A DNA stretch of 35,809 nt from Deltaproteobacteria bacterium (lineage in GTDB: Bacteria > Myxococcota_A > UBA9160 > SMWR01), in contig JAQBGU010000020.1 in assembly GCA_032128375.1 (NCBI GenBank), forward strand, positions 1-35,809, read 5' to 3'. This document shows, in pieces, positions 27,368-35,809 of this stretch. Within the stretch, counting starts at the first letter, position 1. Each line of letters opens with the position of its first letter. The position numbers and the translations under genes are program-made. A model generated the notes under the pieces. It saw nothing but the letters and a program-made list of their open reading frames with translations, was not told the DNA's origin and ran no database searches.

Positions 27368-27566
27368 GGCGACACCCTCGGCGAGCGTTCGGTGCCACCC
27401 GCCAGCACGTGCGGCGATCCAGACGACCCCGCGCCAGAATGTACCGTCGGGATTCGGGCATCGGCCAGGGATGCGTGGAACTTCCTTCTGAGGACCATGG
27501 CTTCGAGCGAGCGCTCGAGTGCTTCGAGCATGCCGGTCAGTCTCGTTGAAGTCGCCGTCGCGGCAA

Positions 27567-27836
27567 CAGATCGCAATCCACGGCGTATACCAGCTCGTGG
27601 GTCACGAGCATTGTGGTGGGTCCGCTGGCGAGTCAATCGAGTCCGATGACGACGGCTTGCCGACTCTCCGCGTCCAGGCCGCTGAATGGCTCGTCGACGG
27701 GCAGGATCGGCGACTCGGGACGACACAGCGCGCGAGTGCAATGCGCTGGCGTCGGCCGCGCCAGAGACTCGCGCCTCGCCCTACGACAACGGTCTCGTAG
27801 CCCTCGGGCAGCGTCTCGATGAAATCGTATGCCGTG
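27567..27836 (-). pseudogene. Degenerate inverted copy of the NBD-coding part of the ABC transporter gene (29696-29972)
   Basis: The reverse complement aligns by eye with 29696-29972 (e.g. ttcatcgagac.ctgcccgagggctacgagac, cgccagcgcattgcactcgcgcgctgtg, gctcgtgacccacgagctgg, acgccgtggattgcgatctg). It has a 1-nt deletion and an internal TGA. Confidence 0.9.
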
Positions 27837-28268
27837 ACGCCATCGAGCGGCAGTCATGACGCTATTTCGTGTCGATGTCAAGGTCGGCCAACGAGCGTCG
27901 CCGCAGCCGCAACGTGGCGGAGGGAACTCGGCATGGTGAGAACCAGCGACTGACTGTTGCTCATGTCCAGCAGTGACTGCTTGCGCCGACGCCGAAGCCA
28001 GCGGGGCAGTCGCACGGCCCTGCGCACACGGCCGGCAACTCGATGGCCTCGGACGAAGACGCAAGCTCGGTGAACGGGTCTCGGCCGGCCGCAGCTAGAA
28101 CTCCGCGCTTCGCAAGAGGGCTGGGGCCCTGCCTGGCAAACCCGCTCGATAACTCTCCCCTACCGAACCCAGTCGCGAATATCCGTCGAATTCGTCATCC
28201 TCGACTGCCTAGCGTCCCGCCATCGTGTAGGCTATCGGCTACACCTGTATTCCCCTGGGGGCTCCCGG

Positions 28269-30113
28269 ATGGCCAAGAACCAGAAGAAGCTTGCGGAGAG
28301 CCTGCCGATCCTGAACCGCTTGCGAAAGCGGCTTGGGCCCGGCATGCGCAAGCAGCGGCGGATCGTTCTTGGCTCGATGGCGGTGCTGATCGCCGAGATG
28401 TTCATGCGCGTCCTCGAGCCGTGGCCGACCAGTCTGGTGATCGACTACGTGCTCGCCCCGAAAGCGGATGGCGAGAAGAGCCCGTTTGCAGCGCTCGCGG
28501 ACATACCGCCCGAAGTGCTGATCCTGCTCGCGGGCCTAGGACTGGTCAGTGTGGCCGCGCTGCGTGGGTTCTCGCGCTACCTGAGCGCCGTCGGCTTCGC
28601 GTTGGTCGGAACGCGACTGATGACCGAAGTGCGCGCCCAGCTCTACCGGCACGTGCAGAGCCTGTCGCTCGGCTTCCACACGAAGTCGCGCTCTGGCGAC
28701 ATGCTGATCCGCGTAATCGGTGACGTGGGCATGATGCGCGACGTCGCGGTTACCGCGCTGCTGCCGATGCTGGCCAGCCTGCTGGTCCTGATCGGCATGC
28801 TGAGCATGATGTTCTGGCTGCGCTGGCAGCTGGCGCTGGCTGCGCTCGCGACGGCGCCGATCTTCCTGCTCACGACGGTCAACCTCGGCAAGCAGATCCG
28901 TGTCGTCGCGCGCAAGCAGCGAAAGGTCGAGGGACAGCTCGCGACGACGGCCGCGGAGGCGCTCGGTGCAATCCAGACCGTGCAGGCGCTGTCGCTCGAC
29001 GACACCTTCGCGGGCGCCTTCGGCGATCAGGCCGAACGCGACCTGTCGCAGGGCGTGAAGGGCAAGCGGCTCTCTGCACGCCTCGAGCGGACCGCAGATA
29101 TTCTGAGCGCATTGGCTCAAGCGACGGTGTTGGGGCTCGGTGCGCACTACGTGATGCGCGGCGAGCTGACCGTCGGCGGGCTGCTGGTGTTCATGAGTTA
29201 CCTGAAAACGAGCTTCCGGCCCGTGACAAACTTCGCGAAGTACTCGGCGCGGATCTCACGCGCGAGCGCCGCAGCGGAGCGGGTGCTCGAGTTATTCGAC
29301 ATCGAGGCCGAGGTGGGCGATCTCCCCGACGCAAAGCCCGCGCCTCCGCTGCGCGGCGAGATCCGCTTCGAAGACGTCGGCTTCGGCTACGAGCCCGGAC
29401 ATCTCATTCTCAGGGGCGTCGACTTCGAAATCCCGGCCGGCTCACGCGTGGCGCTCGTCGGGCCGTCGGGCGGCGGCAAGTCGACCATCCTGAGCCTGGT
29501 GCTGCGCCTGCACGATCCCGAGCATGGCCGCGTGCTGGTCGATGGGCATGACCTGCGCGATTACACACTGGCCTCCTTGCGCGGCCAGATCAGCGTCGCT
29601 CTGCAGGATCCGATGCTGTTCGCGCTCAGCGTGCGCGAGAATATCGCCTTCGGTTGGGCCGACGCGGGGCCCGAGGCGATCGAGCCGGCAGCTCGCACGG
29701 CGAATGCACACGACTTCATCGAGACCCTGCCCGAGGGCTACGAGACTCTGGTCGGGGAGCGAGGCGTGAGTCTCTCTCGCGGTCAACGCCAGCGCATTGC
29801 ACTCGCGCGCTGTGCCGTCCGCGAGTCTCCGATACTGCTGCTCGACGAGCCGTTCACCGGCCTGGACGAGGAGAGTAGGCAAGCCGTCTTCATCGGACTC
29901 GAGCGGCTCGCCAGGGGACGCACCACGTTGCTCGTGACCCACGAGCTGGCAGACGCCGTGGATTGCGATCTGATCCTGTTTCTCGAGAAGGGTCGCGTCG
30001 TCGAGCACGGCTCTCACACAGCGCTGATGCGCGCGGGCGGGCGCTACGCTTCTCTGTTCGCCGCACAGGCCGCGTCCCCCAGTTCGGTTCGCGGGTCCGC
30101 CGTAGCCGGCTGA
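28269..30113 (+). CDS. ABC exporter half-transporter (TMD+NBD, MsbA/Sav1866-like)
   Basis: N-terminal transmembrane domain; Walker A GPSGGGKS, signature LSRGQRQR, Walker B LLLDE, H-loop VTH. Confidence 0.95.
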   Translation: MAKNQKKLAESLPILNRLRKRLGPGMRKQRRIVLGSMAVLIAEMFMRVLEPWPTSLVIDYVLAPKADGEKSPFAALADIPPEVLILLAGLGLVSVAALRGFSRYLSAVGFALVGTRLMTEVRAQLYRHVQSLSLGFHTKSRSGDMLIRVIGDVGMMRDVAVTALLPMLASLLVLIGMLSMMFWLRWQLALAALATAPIFLLTTVNLGKQIRVVARKQRKVEGQLATTAAEALGAIQTVQALSLDDTFAGAFGDQAERDLSQGVKGKRLSARLERTADILSALAQATVLGLGAHYVMRGELTVGGLLVFMSYLKTSFRPVTNFAKYSARISRASAAAERVLELFDIEAEVGDLPDAKPAPPLRGEIRFEDVGFGYEPGHLILRGVDFEIPAGSRVALVGPSGGGKSTILSLVLRLHDPEHGRVLVDGHDLRDYTLASLRGQISVALQDPMLFALSVRENIAFGWADAGPEAIEPAARTANAHDFIETLPEGYETLVGERGVSLSRGQRQRIALARCAVRESPILLLDEPFTGLDEESRQAVFIGLERLARGRTTLLVTHELADAVDCDLILFLEKGRVVEHGSHTALMRAGGRYASLFAAQAASPSSVRGSAVAG

Positions 30114-30360
30114 TTCGGGCCTCGGCGCGCGATCTCACGCTGCGAAGCGTGAAATCCCCACCCTCGCCCGCCCCTCATCGAGGCCCGGGGCCTCGGGGAT
30201 GCCCCAGGCCGCTCCTTGCTTGAATTACAAGTGGGTCGATATGGCCCACCGCTTGCATCTGGATTGAGGAGTCGCGCAGCTCCGTCTACGGGGCAACGCC
30301 CACTTCTGCATTTGCCTCAGCGCGGCTGCGTGTCTGCGCCAGTGCGGTACAGGGGATCCA

Positions 30361-31215
30361 ATGAGTGGACCGCTTCGAATCGTGAAACGCGGCATTCCGC
30401 AGCCGTCCGCGGATCTGGACTCGCAGCACGAGCCGGATTCGGCGGAAAACGAGGTCGTCCTGAGACTCGACGACGTTGCCGTCTCCTACAACGGGCATCT
30501 CGCAATCCGCGAGGCCACGTTCGAGGTGAGCCGCGGCAAGATCATGGCGCTCATCGGTCCGTCGGGGTGCGGCAAGTCGAGCCTGCTGCAGAGCATGAAT
30601 CGGCTGACCGATCTGATTCCGGGCGCGCGCGTGGACGGAAGCATCCATCTGCAAGAGCTCGATGTGTTGGCACCCGAGACGAATGTCACCATGCTGCGTC
30701 GGCGCGTGGGAATGATCTTCCAGAAGCCGAACCCGTTCCCGATGTCGATTCGCGCCAACCTGGCGCTGCCCCTGCGCGAGCACGGCGTGCGTGATCGCCA
30801 CCAGATCGAGTGGACGGTCGAGGCGGCGCTCGAAGAGGTTGGGATGTGGAACGAGGTGCGGGACCGGCTCGACTCGCCCGCTCAGGCACTCTCGGGTGGT
30901 CAGCAGCAGCGGCTGTGCATCGCGCGGGCGCTCGTGCTACGCCCCGAAGTGATCCTGCTCGATGAGCCATGCAGTGCGCTCGATCCGATCTCGAGTGGCG
31001 TGGTCGAGGATCTCGTCTCGACACTTCGCGGGCACTTCACCGTGGTGATCGTGACGCACAACCTGGCTCAGGCTCGGCGCATCGCGGACGACGTGGTGGT
31101 GCTATGGGTCTGCGGTGGTGCGGGCTGCTTGGCGGAGGTCGGTTCGACCAAGCAGATCTTCGAGCACCCGCGGGACCCGATCACCAAGGCCTATGTGGGC
31201 GGCTACCGCGGCTAG
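30361..31215 (+). CDS. pstB: Phosphate ABC transporter ATP-binding protein
   Basis: ALIGPSGCGKS, MNRLTDLIPGARVDG, LRRRVGMIFQKPNPFPMSI, LSGGQQQRLCIARAL, DEPCSALDPIS, IFEHP....TKAYVGG. Confidence 0.93.
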   Translation: MSGPLRIVKRGIPQPSADLDSQHEPDSAENEVVLRLDDVAVSYNGHLAIREATFEVSRGKIMALIGPSGCGKSSLLQSMNRLTDLIPGARVDGSIHLQELDVLAPETNVTMLRRRVGMIFQKPNPFPMSIRANLALPLREHGVRDRHQIEWTVEAALEEVGMWNEVRDRLDSPAQALSGGQQQRLCIARALVLRPEVILLDEPCSALDPISSGVVEDLVSTLRGHFTVVIVTHNLAQARRIADDVVVLWVCGGAGCLAEVGSTKQIFEHPRDPITKAYVGGYRG

Positions 31216-31238
31216 GCGGCCTGGACGAACGATGTCAG

Positions 31239-32387
31239 CTAGGCGTCGAGCAGCCAGCGAGAGAAGCGCTCGGCCAGCTCGGGGGCGGTCTGGGTCGGTC
31301 TCGGCAACTTGCGATCCGACCGTGGGCTCGTCCGCGCGTGGACGAAGGACAATTCGCCGAGCGGTGTGCGAATCGCGTCCTCGAGTTCGGCCGCGCTGGT
31401 CGTCCTCACCACGCGGGGATAGCCGCAGGCCCGCGCCACCGCGGCGAGGTCGGTGGTGCTCGTGACGGTTCGCTGCGCACCCGTCGAGTCGTGGACGCCA
31501 TTGTCGAGGAGCACGTGGACGAGATTCGCTGGTCGCTCGAAGCCGAGGGTCGCCGCCGCCCCCATTCGCATCAGCATGGCCCCGTCGCCGTCGAGGACGA
31601 TCACGCGTCGCTCTGGCTGGGCCTTGGCGATGCCGAGGCCCACGCTCGAGATGCAGCCCATCGAACCGACCATGTAGAACTGGTTCGGCCGATCCTCGAG
31701 CGCGTACAACGCGCGCCCGGTGAACCCCGTGGTCGCGAGCACTGCGTCCTGCGGGCGGACCGCTCGTTGCACGGCCGCAAGGGCTACGTCCGGGTCGAGC
31801 GGCTCGCCGCGCACCGATCCGGAGGATTCCAGCGAGGCGAAGCTTGCGGGCTGATGTCCCTCAGAAGAGGGCGCGGGGTTGTCGCCGCCGACGCCGCCGC
31901 TGGGAACGATGAACGCGTAGGATCGGCCGGTGCTGGTCATGTGCGCCTTCGCGCGTCCGAACGCAACAGCAAGCTCGGACTCGTCCCGGGGCAGCGACTC
32001 CCAGCCCAACCCCATCAGCTCGAGCAGCCGCGGCGTGATGTCGCCCATCATCTCGTGTTGCGGCTCGTCGGGCGGCCCATCCGGTTGCCCGCGCCAGGTC
32101 GTCATCACGAGAATCGGCCGCCGAAAAGGCGCTGTGAGCGACGTCAGCGGGTTCACTGCGTTGCCCAACCCGGAATTCTGGAAGAACGCCAGGCTGCGCA
32201 TGCCCGCGAGCTCGGCCCCGAAGGCGATGGCAACCGCCTCGCCTTCGTTCGCGGCGCCGACGTAGATGGCCCTCGAAGATCCGCTCGCCGCGTTGATCAG
32301 CGGCGTGAGATAGGAGCAGGGGACGGCGGCGATCAAGCCGAAGCCGGCGCGGCCGAGCGCATCGAGCAGTGCATCGGCAGAGACCAC
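31239..32387 (-). CDS. aepY: Phosphonopyruvate decarboxylase (ThDP-dependent)
   Basis: VPCSYLTPLIN, AANEGEAVAIA.G, QNSGLGNAVNPLTSL, WRGQP...DEPQH..MG, FYMVGSMG, DGDGAMLMRMG, NGVHDSTGAQ. Start probably GTG 32387. Confidence 0.88.
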   Translation of the reverse strand: MVSADALLDALGRAGFGLIAAVPCSYLTPLINAASGSSRAIYVGAANEGEAVAIAFGAELAGMRSLAFFQNSGLGNAVNPLTSLTAPFRRPILVMTTWRGQPDGPPDEPQHEMMGDITPRLLELMGLGWESLPRDESELAVAFGRAKAHMTSTGRSYAFIVPSGGVGGDNPAPSSEGHQPASFASLESSGSVRGEPLDPDVALAAVQRAVRPQDAVLATTGFTGRALYALEDRPNQFYMVGSMGCISSVGLGIAKAQPERRVIVLDGDGAMLMRMGAAATLGFERPANLVHVLLDNGVHDSTGAQRTVTSTTDLAAVARACGYPRVVRTTSAAELEDAIRTPLGELSFVHARTSPRSDRKLPRPTQTAPELAERFSRWLLDA

Positions 32388-32746
32388 GGAGCGTTCGTAG
32401 CACACGCGAAGACGCTGACGCGAGCGCGCCCATGCTGCTCTTCCTACTCAGGCACACTCTGATGACGATCCGTCATCGCTGCTACGCGATCCTCGTGCCG
32501 CCATTCTGTATCGTTGGGTCGAACGCTGACGGCGCTACGTTTGTCCAGTCGGATGTTCGATGAGCCCGATCTATTCTAGATTTCGTCGAAATGACCACGT
32601 GGCTCGGGACGGTCGCGACGACCTCGAACCATTACGCGCGCTGGTATGGCGGTGCCGAACATCGGGAGCCGATCAGTCCTGGACCGGCGGATTGGTAGCA
32701 CCACCGCGCGCCGGTAGCTCTTCCCAAGCAATATCCATAGGTTGAG

Positions 32747-32821
32747 TGGAGCCGACGATCGGGGTTGAACCGATGACCTGCGCATTACGAATGCGCTGCT
32801 CTACCACTGAGCTACGTCGGC
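32747..32821 (-). tRNA. tRNA-Thr (anticodon CGT), CCA encoded
   Basis: GCCGACG TA GCTCAGTGGTAGAGC A GCGCA TTCGTAA TGCGC AGGTC ATCGG TTCAACC CCGAT CGTCGGC TCCA folds into a cloverleaf. Confidence 0.97.
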
Positions 32822-33018
32822 GTGGTTCGGGCGTTTCTGCGGGGCCGCAGTCTAGCTTGGAATCGGTTGGTCTTCTGCTCGAAGTGAGTGGATCGCAGCT
32901 GATTTCCCACGGGGAGTGGCGTTGTTTCGTTGACCATTGGGGCGCTGGGGCCGTAGCATGCGATAAGGAAGGGATCGGCCCGGTGAGTCTGCCGGTCGGC
33001 AAATTTTGGGAGGTGACT

Positions 33019-33372
33019 GTGCTGATTCTGCCGCTGATCGATCTGTTGATTCTGTTGGGAACCGGGAGCCTCGGCATTGGGTTCGTGCTCAAGGTGATCA
33101 ACGTCTCGACGCGCTATTCGCCGTCGATATTGGGATTCAGTTCGCTCGACTTCGTTGTGATCGCTGGGATTTTCTTTGCATTTGCAATCACTCTGGTCGC
33201 CAGGACCTGGATGAAGATCAACGAGCCCCGGTTGGCGGCACTGCGCAGGGAAGTGCTGGCGGCCGAAGCGAGGTTGCGGGCGGCCGGGCAGAATTTCGCC
33301 GAGACTGGCCCGGGTAGCGACGAGCTATCGGAAATCCCGATCAGAAAAACGGCAAGCGCCGACCATCGCTAG
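33019..33372 (+). CDS. Small hypothetical membrane protein (2 TM)
   Basis: GGAGG SD 5 nt before GTG 33019; two hydrophobic helices. The longer track ORF overlaps the tRNA and was trimmed. Confidence 0.7.
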   Translation: MLILPLIDLLILLGTGSLGIGFVLKVINVSTRYSPSILGFSSLDFVVIAGIFFAFAITLVARTWMKINEPRLAALRREVLAAEARLRAAGQNFAETGPGSDELSEIPIRKTASADHR

Positions 33373-33694
33373 GATGGCCGACGCATTTTTTGCTGTGCGG
33401 ATGTTGCGGGACTCATCGTGCCTCGAGGCGGCACGAACTGAATCGGTCTAGTGGCGTCCAGGCACGAGCTTCAGCGCTGAAAACGCGAGCTCACGGTAAA
33501 GCGCAGTAGTTGCAACCAGCAACCCACCGACCTTTTCACCGACTTTTCGCATGGCTACCTGCACGAATATTCTCCCAATGGGTCTGCCACAGAGTAAGTG
33601 TCCGTTTTGGGGAGTGGGTGTCAAAATCGGCAATCGACACCTGCAACTTGAGGCGATGTTTTGGGGCCACGAGCGCCGTGATACATTCCCGGCC

Positions 33695-34702
33695 GTGTCC
33701 GACTCGTCCGCGCAAAGCGATGCTGAGGCGAAAACTCCGGTTGCAACGGAATTCGGCCCGCCTGACCGCAAGATCTGGCTCGATGGCGAATTCGTGCGCT
33801 GGCAGGACGCGACCGTACACGTGCTTTCCCATAGTCTGCAGCGCGGGTCGCTGATCTTCGACTACATGAGCGTGCATGATACACCCCGCGGTCCCGCCGT
33901 GTTTCGGCTCGCCGATCACGTCGATCGCTTGTTGCGGTCCGCGGTGCTGATCGGCCTGCCGCTCGAGCGAAGCGCCCAGCAGATATCCGACGCCACGCTT
34001 GCAACCGTGCGGGCCAACCCGGGGGCCGCCGCGGTGAAGGTCAGTGCATACATCCCGTCGGTCGAAATCGAAGTCGTACCCATGGACGCCCGCGTCAGCC
34101 TCGCGATCGCCGCCTACCATCCAATCGAGGACATCGCGAAGCGAACCCGCGGTCAATACCACCACCGTTCCGAGTTGAGCCTGTGGATCGAAAAGGAACT
34201 CCGCAACCGACGTCACGACATCGTCGACCCACAGGCGAAAGCCGCTGCAAACTACCTCTCGCCGATGGCGGCCAAATGGGCGGCGCGCCGCAACGGCTAC
34301 GACGACATCTTGTTGATCGATGAGGACGGGAATATCGCCGAGGGACCGACGACGAACGTCTTCCTGTGCACGGCAGCGGGCACGCTCCGGACGCCTCCGG
34401 AGACCCACGTGCTGCTCGGCGTGACTCGGCGTTCCATAATCGATATCGCGATTCACGATGGGCTGAAGGTCGAAGAGGTTCCGATCCGACCCGACGACCT
34501 GATGAACGCGCCCGAAGTGTTCGTAACCGGCACGAGTGCTGGTGTGTGGCCGGTAATTCGCATCGACGACAAGGCAGTCGGCGACGCAGAGGTCGGCCCC
34601 GTCACCCGAAATTTGCGAGACCGATTCAAAGAAATTTCTGCCGGACGTGACCCGCGCTTCGACCACTGGCTCGCCTACACAAACCCGCAAAAGCGTGACT
34701 GA
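33695..34702 (+). CDS. Class IV PLP aminotransferase (IlvE/DAAT/PabC fold), non-canonical motifs
   Basis: IWLDGEFV.W.DA.VH, FRL.DH..RL..SA, AKAAANY (catalytic Lys), EGPTTNVF, LLGVTR, EVFVTGT, GPVT. Start uncertain (33551, 33656 or 33695). Confidence 0.9.
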   Translation: MSDSSAQSDAEAKTPVATEFGPPDRKIWLDGEFVRWQDATVHVLSHSLQRGSLIFDYMSVHDTPRGPAVFRLADHVDRLLRSAVLIGLPLERSAQQISDATLATVRANPGAAAVKVSAYIPSVEIEVVPMDARVSLAIAAYHPIEDIAKRTRGQYHHRSELSLWIEKELRNRRHDIVDPQAKAAANYLSPMAAKWAARRNGYDDILLIDEDGNIAEGPTTNVFLCTAAGTLRTPPETHVLLGVTRRSIIDIAIHDGLKVEEVPIRPDDLMNAPEVFVTGTSAGVWPVIRIDDKAVGDAEVGPVTRNLRDRFKEISAGRDPRFDHWLAYTNPQKRD

Positions 34703-34725
34703 GCACCCCAATGGAAACGATCTGA

Positions 34726-35706
34726 ATGCGCGTTCTATCCGGCACCCAGCCATCCGGCGACTCCCTGCATATCGGCAACTATTTCGGGGCGCTGCGCCAG
34801 CAGATCGAGTTGCAAGACAAGTATCAGACGCTGATCTTCATCGCCGATCTGCACTCGATGAATGGGGTGCGCAACGCAGACGACCGCCGCCGCTTCACGC
34901 GGGCCGTCGCGCTCGATTACCTCGCATGTGGGCTCGACCCTTCTCGCGCGATTTTCTTCCGGCAATCGGATGTGCCCGACGTCTGCGAGCTCGCCTGGTA
35001 TCTGTCGACGGTGACTCCGATGGGGCTGCTCGAGCGCGCGCACGCGTACAAGGACAAGGTCGCGCACGGGCAATCCGCGGATCACGGGTTATTCGCATAC
35101 CCGGTCCTGCAAGCTGCCGACATCTTGTTGTATCGAACGGACCTCGTGCCGGTCGGGCGCGACCAGAAGCAGCACATCGAGATGGCGCGCGATATGGCGA
35201 TGCACTTCAACCGCGACTACGACACTGACGTGTTGGTTGTTCCCGAACCCCAGATCCTCGACGAGGTAGCGGTCGTCCCGGGAACCGATGGCCACAAGAT
35301 GAGCAAATCGTATGGGAACTCGATTCCGATGTTCGCAAGTCCGAAACGGATCAAGAAGGCCGTGATGGGGATTGTGACCGAATCGACGCCGGTCGAAGAT
35401 CCGAAGGATACGAATTCGACGGTGTTCAAGCTGTGGTCGCTATTTGCGAACGAAGCTGATCGCGACGAGATGTTCGGTCGCGCGCGGGCGGGCGGCCTCG
35501 GTTTCGGCGACGTCAAAAAAGACATTCTGGTGCGGCTGTTGGAATACTTTGCCCCAATGCGCGAGCGTCGCGAGCACTTCGAAGCTCGGCCCGATGATGT
35601 CGAAGGCGCTCTGCTCGACGGGGCGGCGCGGGCGCGCGCGATCGGTGAGCCGGTTCTGGACGAAGTGCGCCGCGTGGCGGGTTTCCGCGCAAAAAGTTCG
35701 CTCTAG
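34726..35706 (+). CDS. trpS: Tryptophan--tRNA ligase
   Basis: SGTQPSG, HIGNYFGA, IADLHS, GLFAYPVLQAADIL, VPVGRDQKQH.E, KMSKSYGN. Confidence 0.97.
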   Translation: MRVLSGTQPSGDSLHIGNYFGALRQQIELQDKYQTLIFIADLHSMNGVRNADDRRRFTRAVALDYLACGLDPSRAIFFRQSDVPDVCELAWYLSTVTPMGLLERAHAYKDKVAHGQSADHGLFAYPVLQAADILLYRTDLVPVGRDQKQHIEMARDMAMHFNRDYDTDVLVVPEPQILDEVAVVPGTDGHKMSKSYGNSIPMFASPKRIKKAVMGIVTESTPVEDPKDTNSTVFKLWSLFANEADRDEMFGRARAGGLGFGDVKKDILVRLLEYFAPMRERREHFEARPDDVEGALLDGAARARAIGEPVLDEVRRVAGFRAKSSL

Positions 35707-35809
35707 GGCGAATGCTTCAGCGTCGTCGCCTGCACGCTAGAGCTGGCCCTCTACCGCGCAGGCTCCTCGTGGGCTGGCCGACTCTTCGCCAACGGTGTCA
35801 GCCGTTCGC

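Noticed and set aside
27837..28268. Possible small genes upstream of the ABC exporter
   Set aside because: The frames I translated gave no recognisable protein and no convincing SD/start pair.
32600..32821. tRNA-Thr as integration site of a genomic island
   Set aside because: No integrase or transposase, and I found no duplicated tRNA 3' end (att site) in the window.

Overview
GC-rich bacterial genomic window. A stand-alone PilZ protein, a PEP-CTERM protein and PagL suggest a Gram-negative Myxococcota/deltaproteobacterium-like host (inference). It is mostly accessory lipid/terpenoid/aromatic metabolism: a partial, catalytically divergent alanine-racemase-like gene; LysR with a glpD-AGPS-like-glpK operon; two cytochrome P450s with DUF3237; VOC, GNAT and SDR genes; and a PhyH / TetR-FAH-monooxygenase cluster. 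Further right are an M48 peptidase, PagL, PilZ, two surface-sorted proteins, a decayed zone with an inverted ABC-gene fragment, an ABC exporter, lone pstB and phosphonopyruvate decarboxylase genes, tRNA-Thr(CGT), a class IV aminotransferase and trpS. Best candidate for a new system: ORFs 11322..11978 and 10503..11183 (minus) read as one linalool dehydratase/isomerase-family gene. Its in-frame TGA falls exactly at a catalytic Cys position and is followed, after 11 nt, by a hairpin resembling the E. coli fdhF SECIS. This is a probable selenocysteine-containing alkene hydratase/isomerase heading a P450 cluster. All family assignments are from motifs recalled by eye; no database searches were run.
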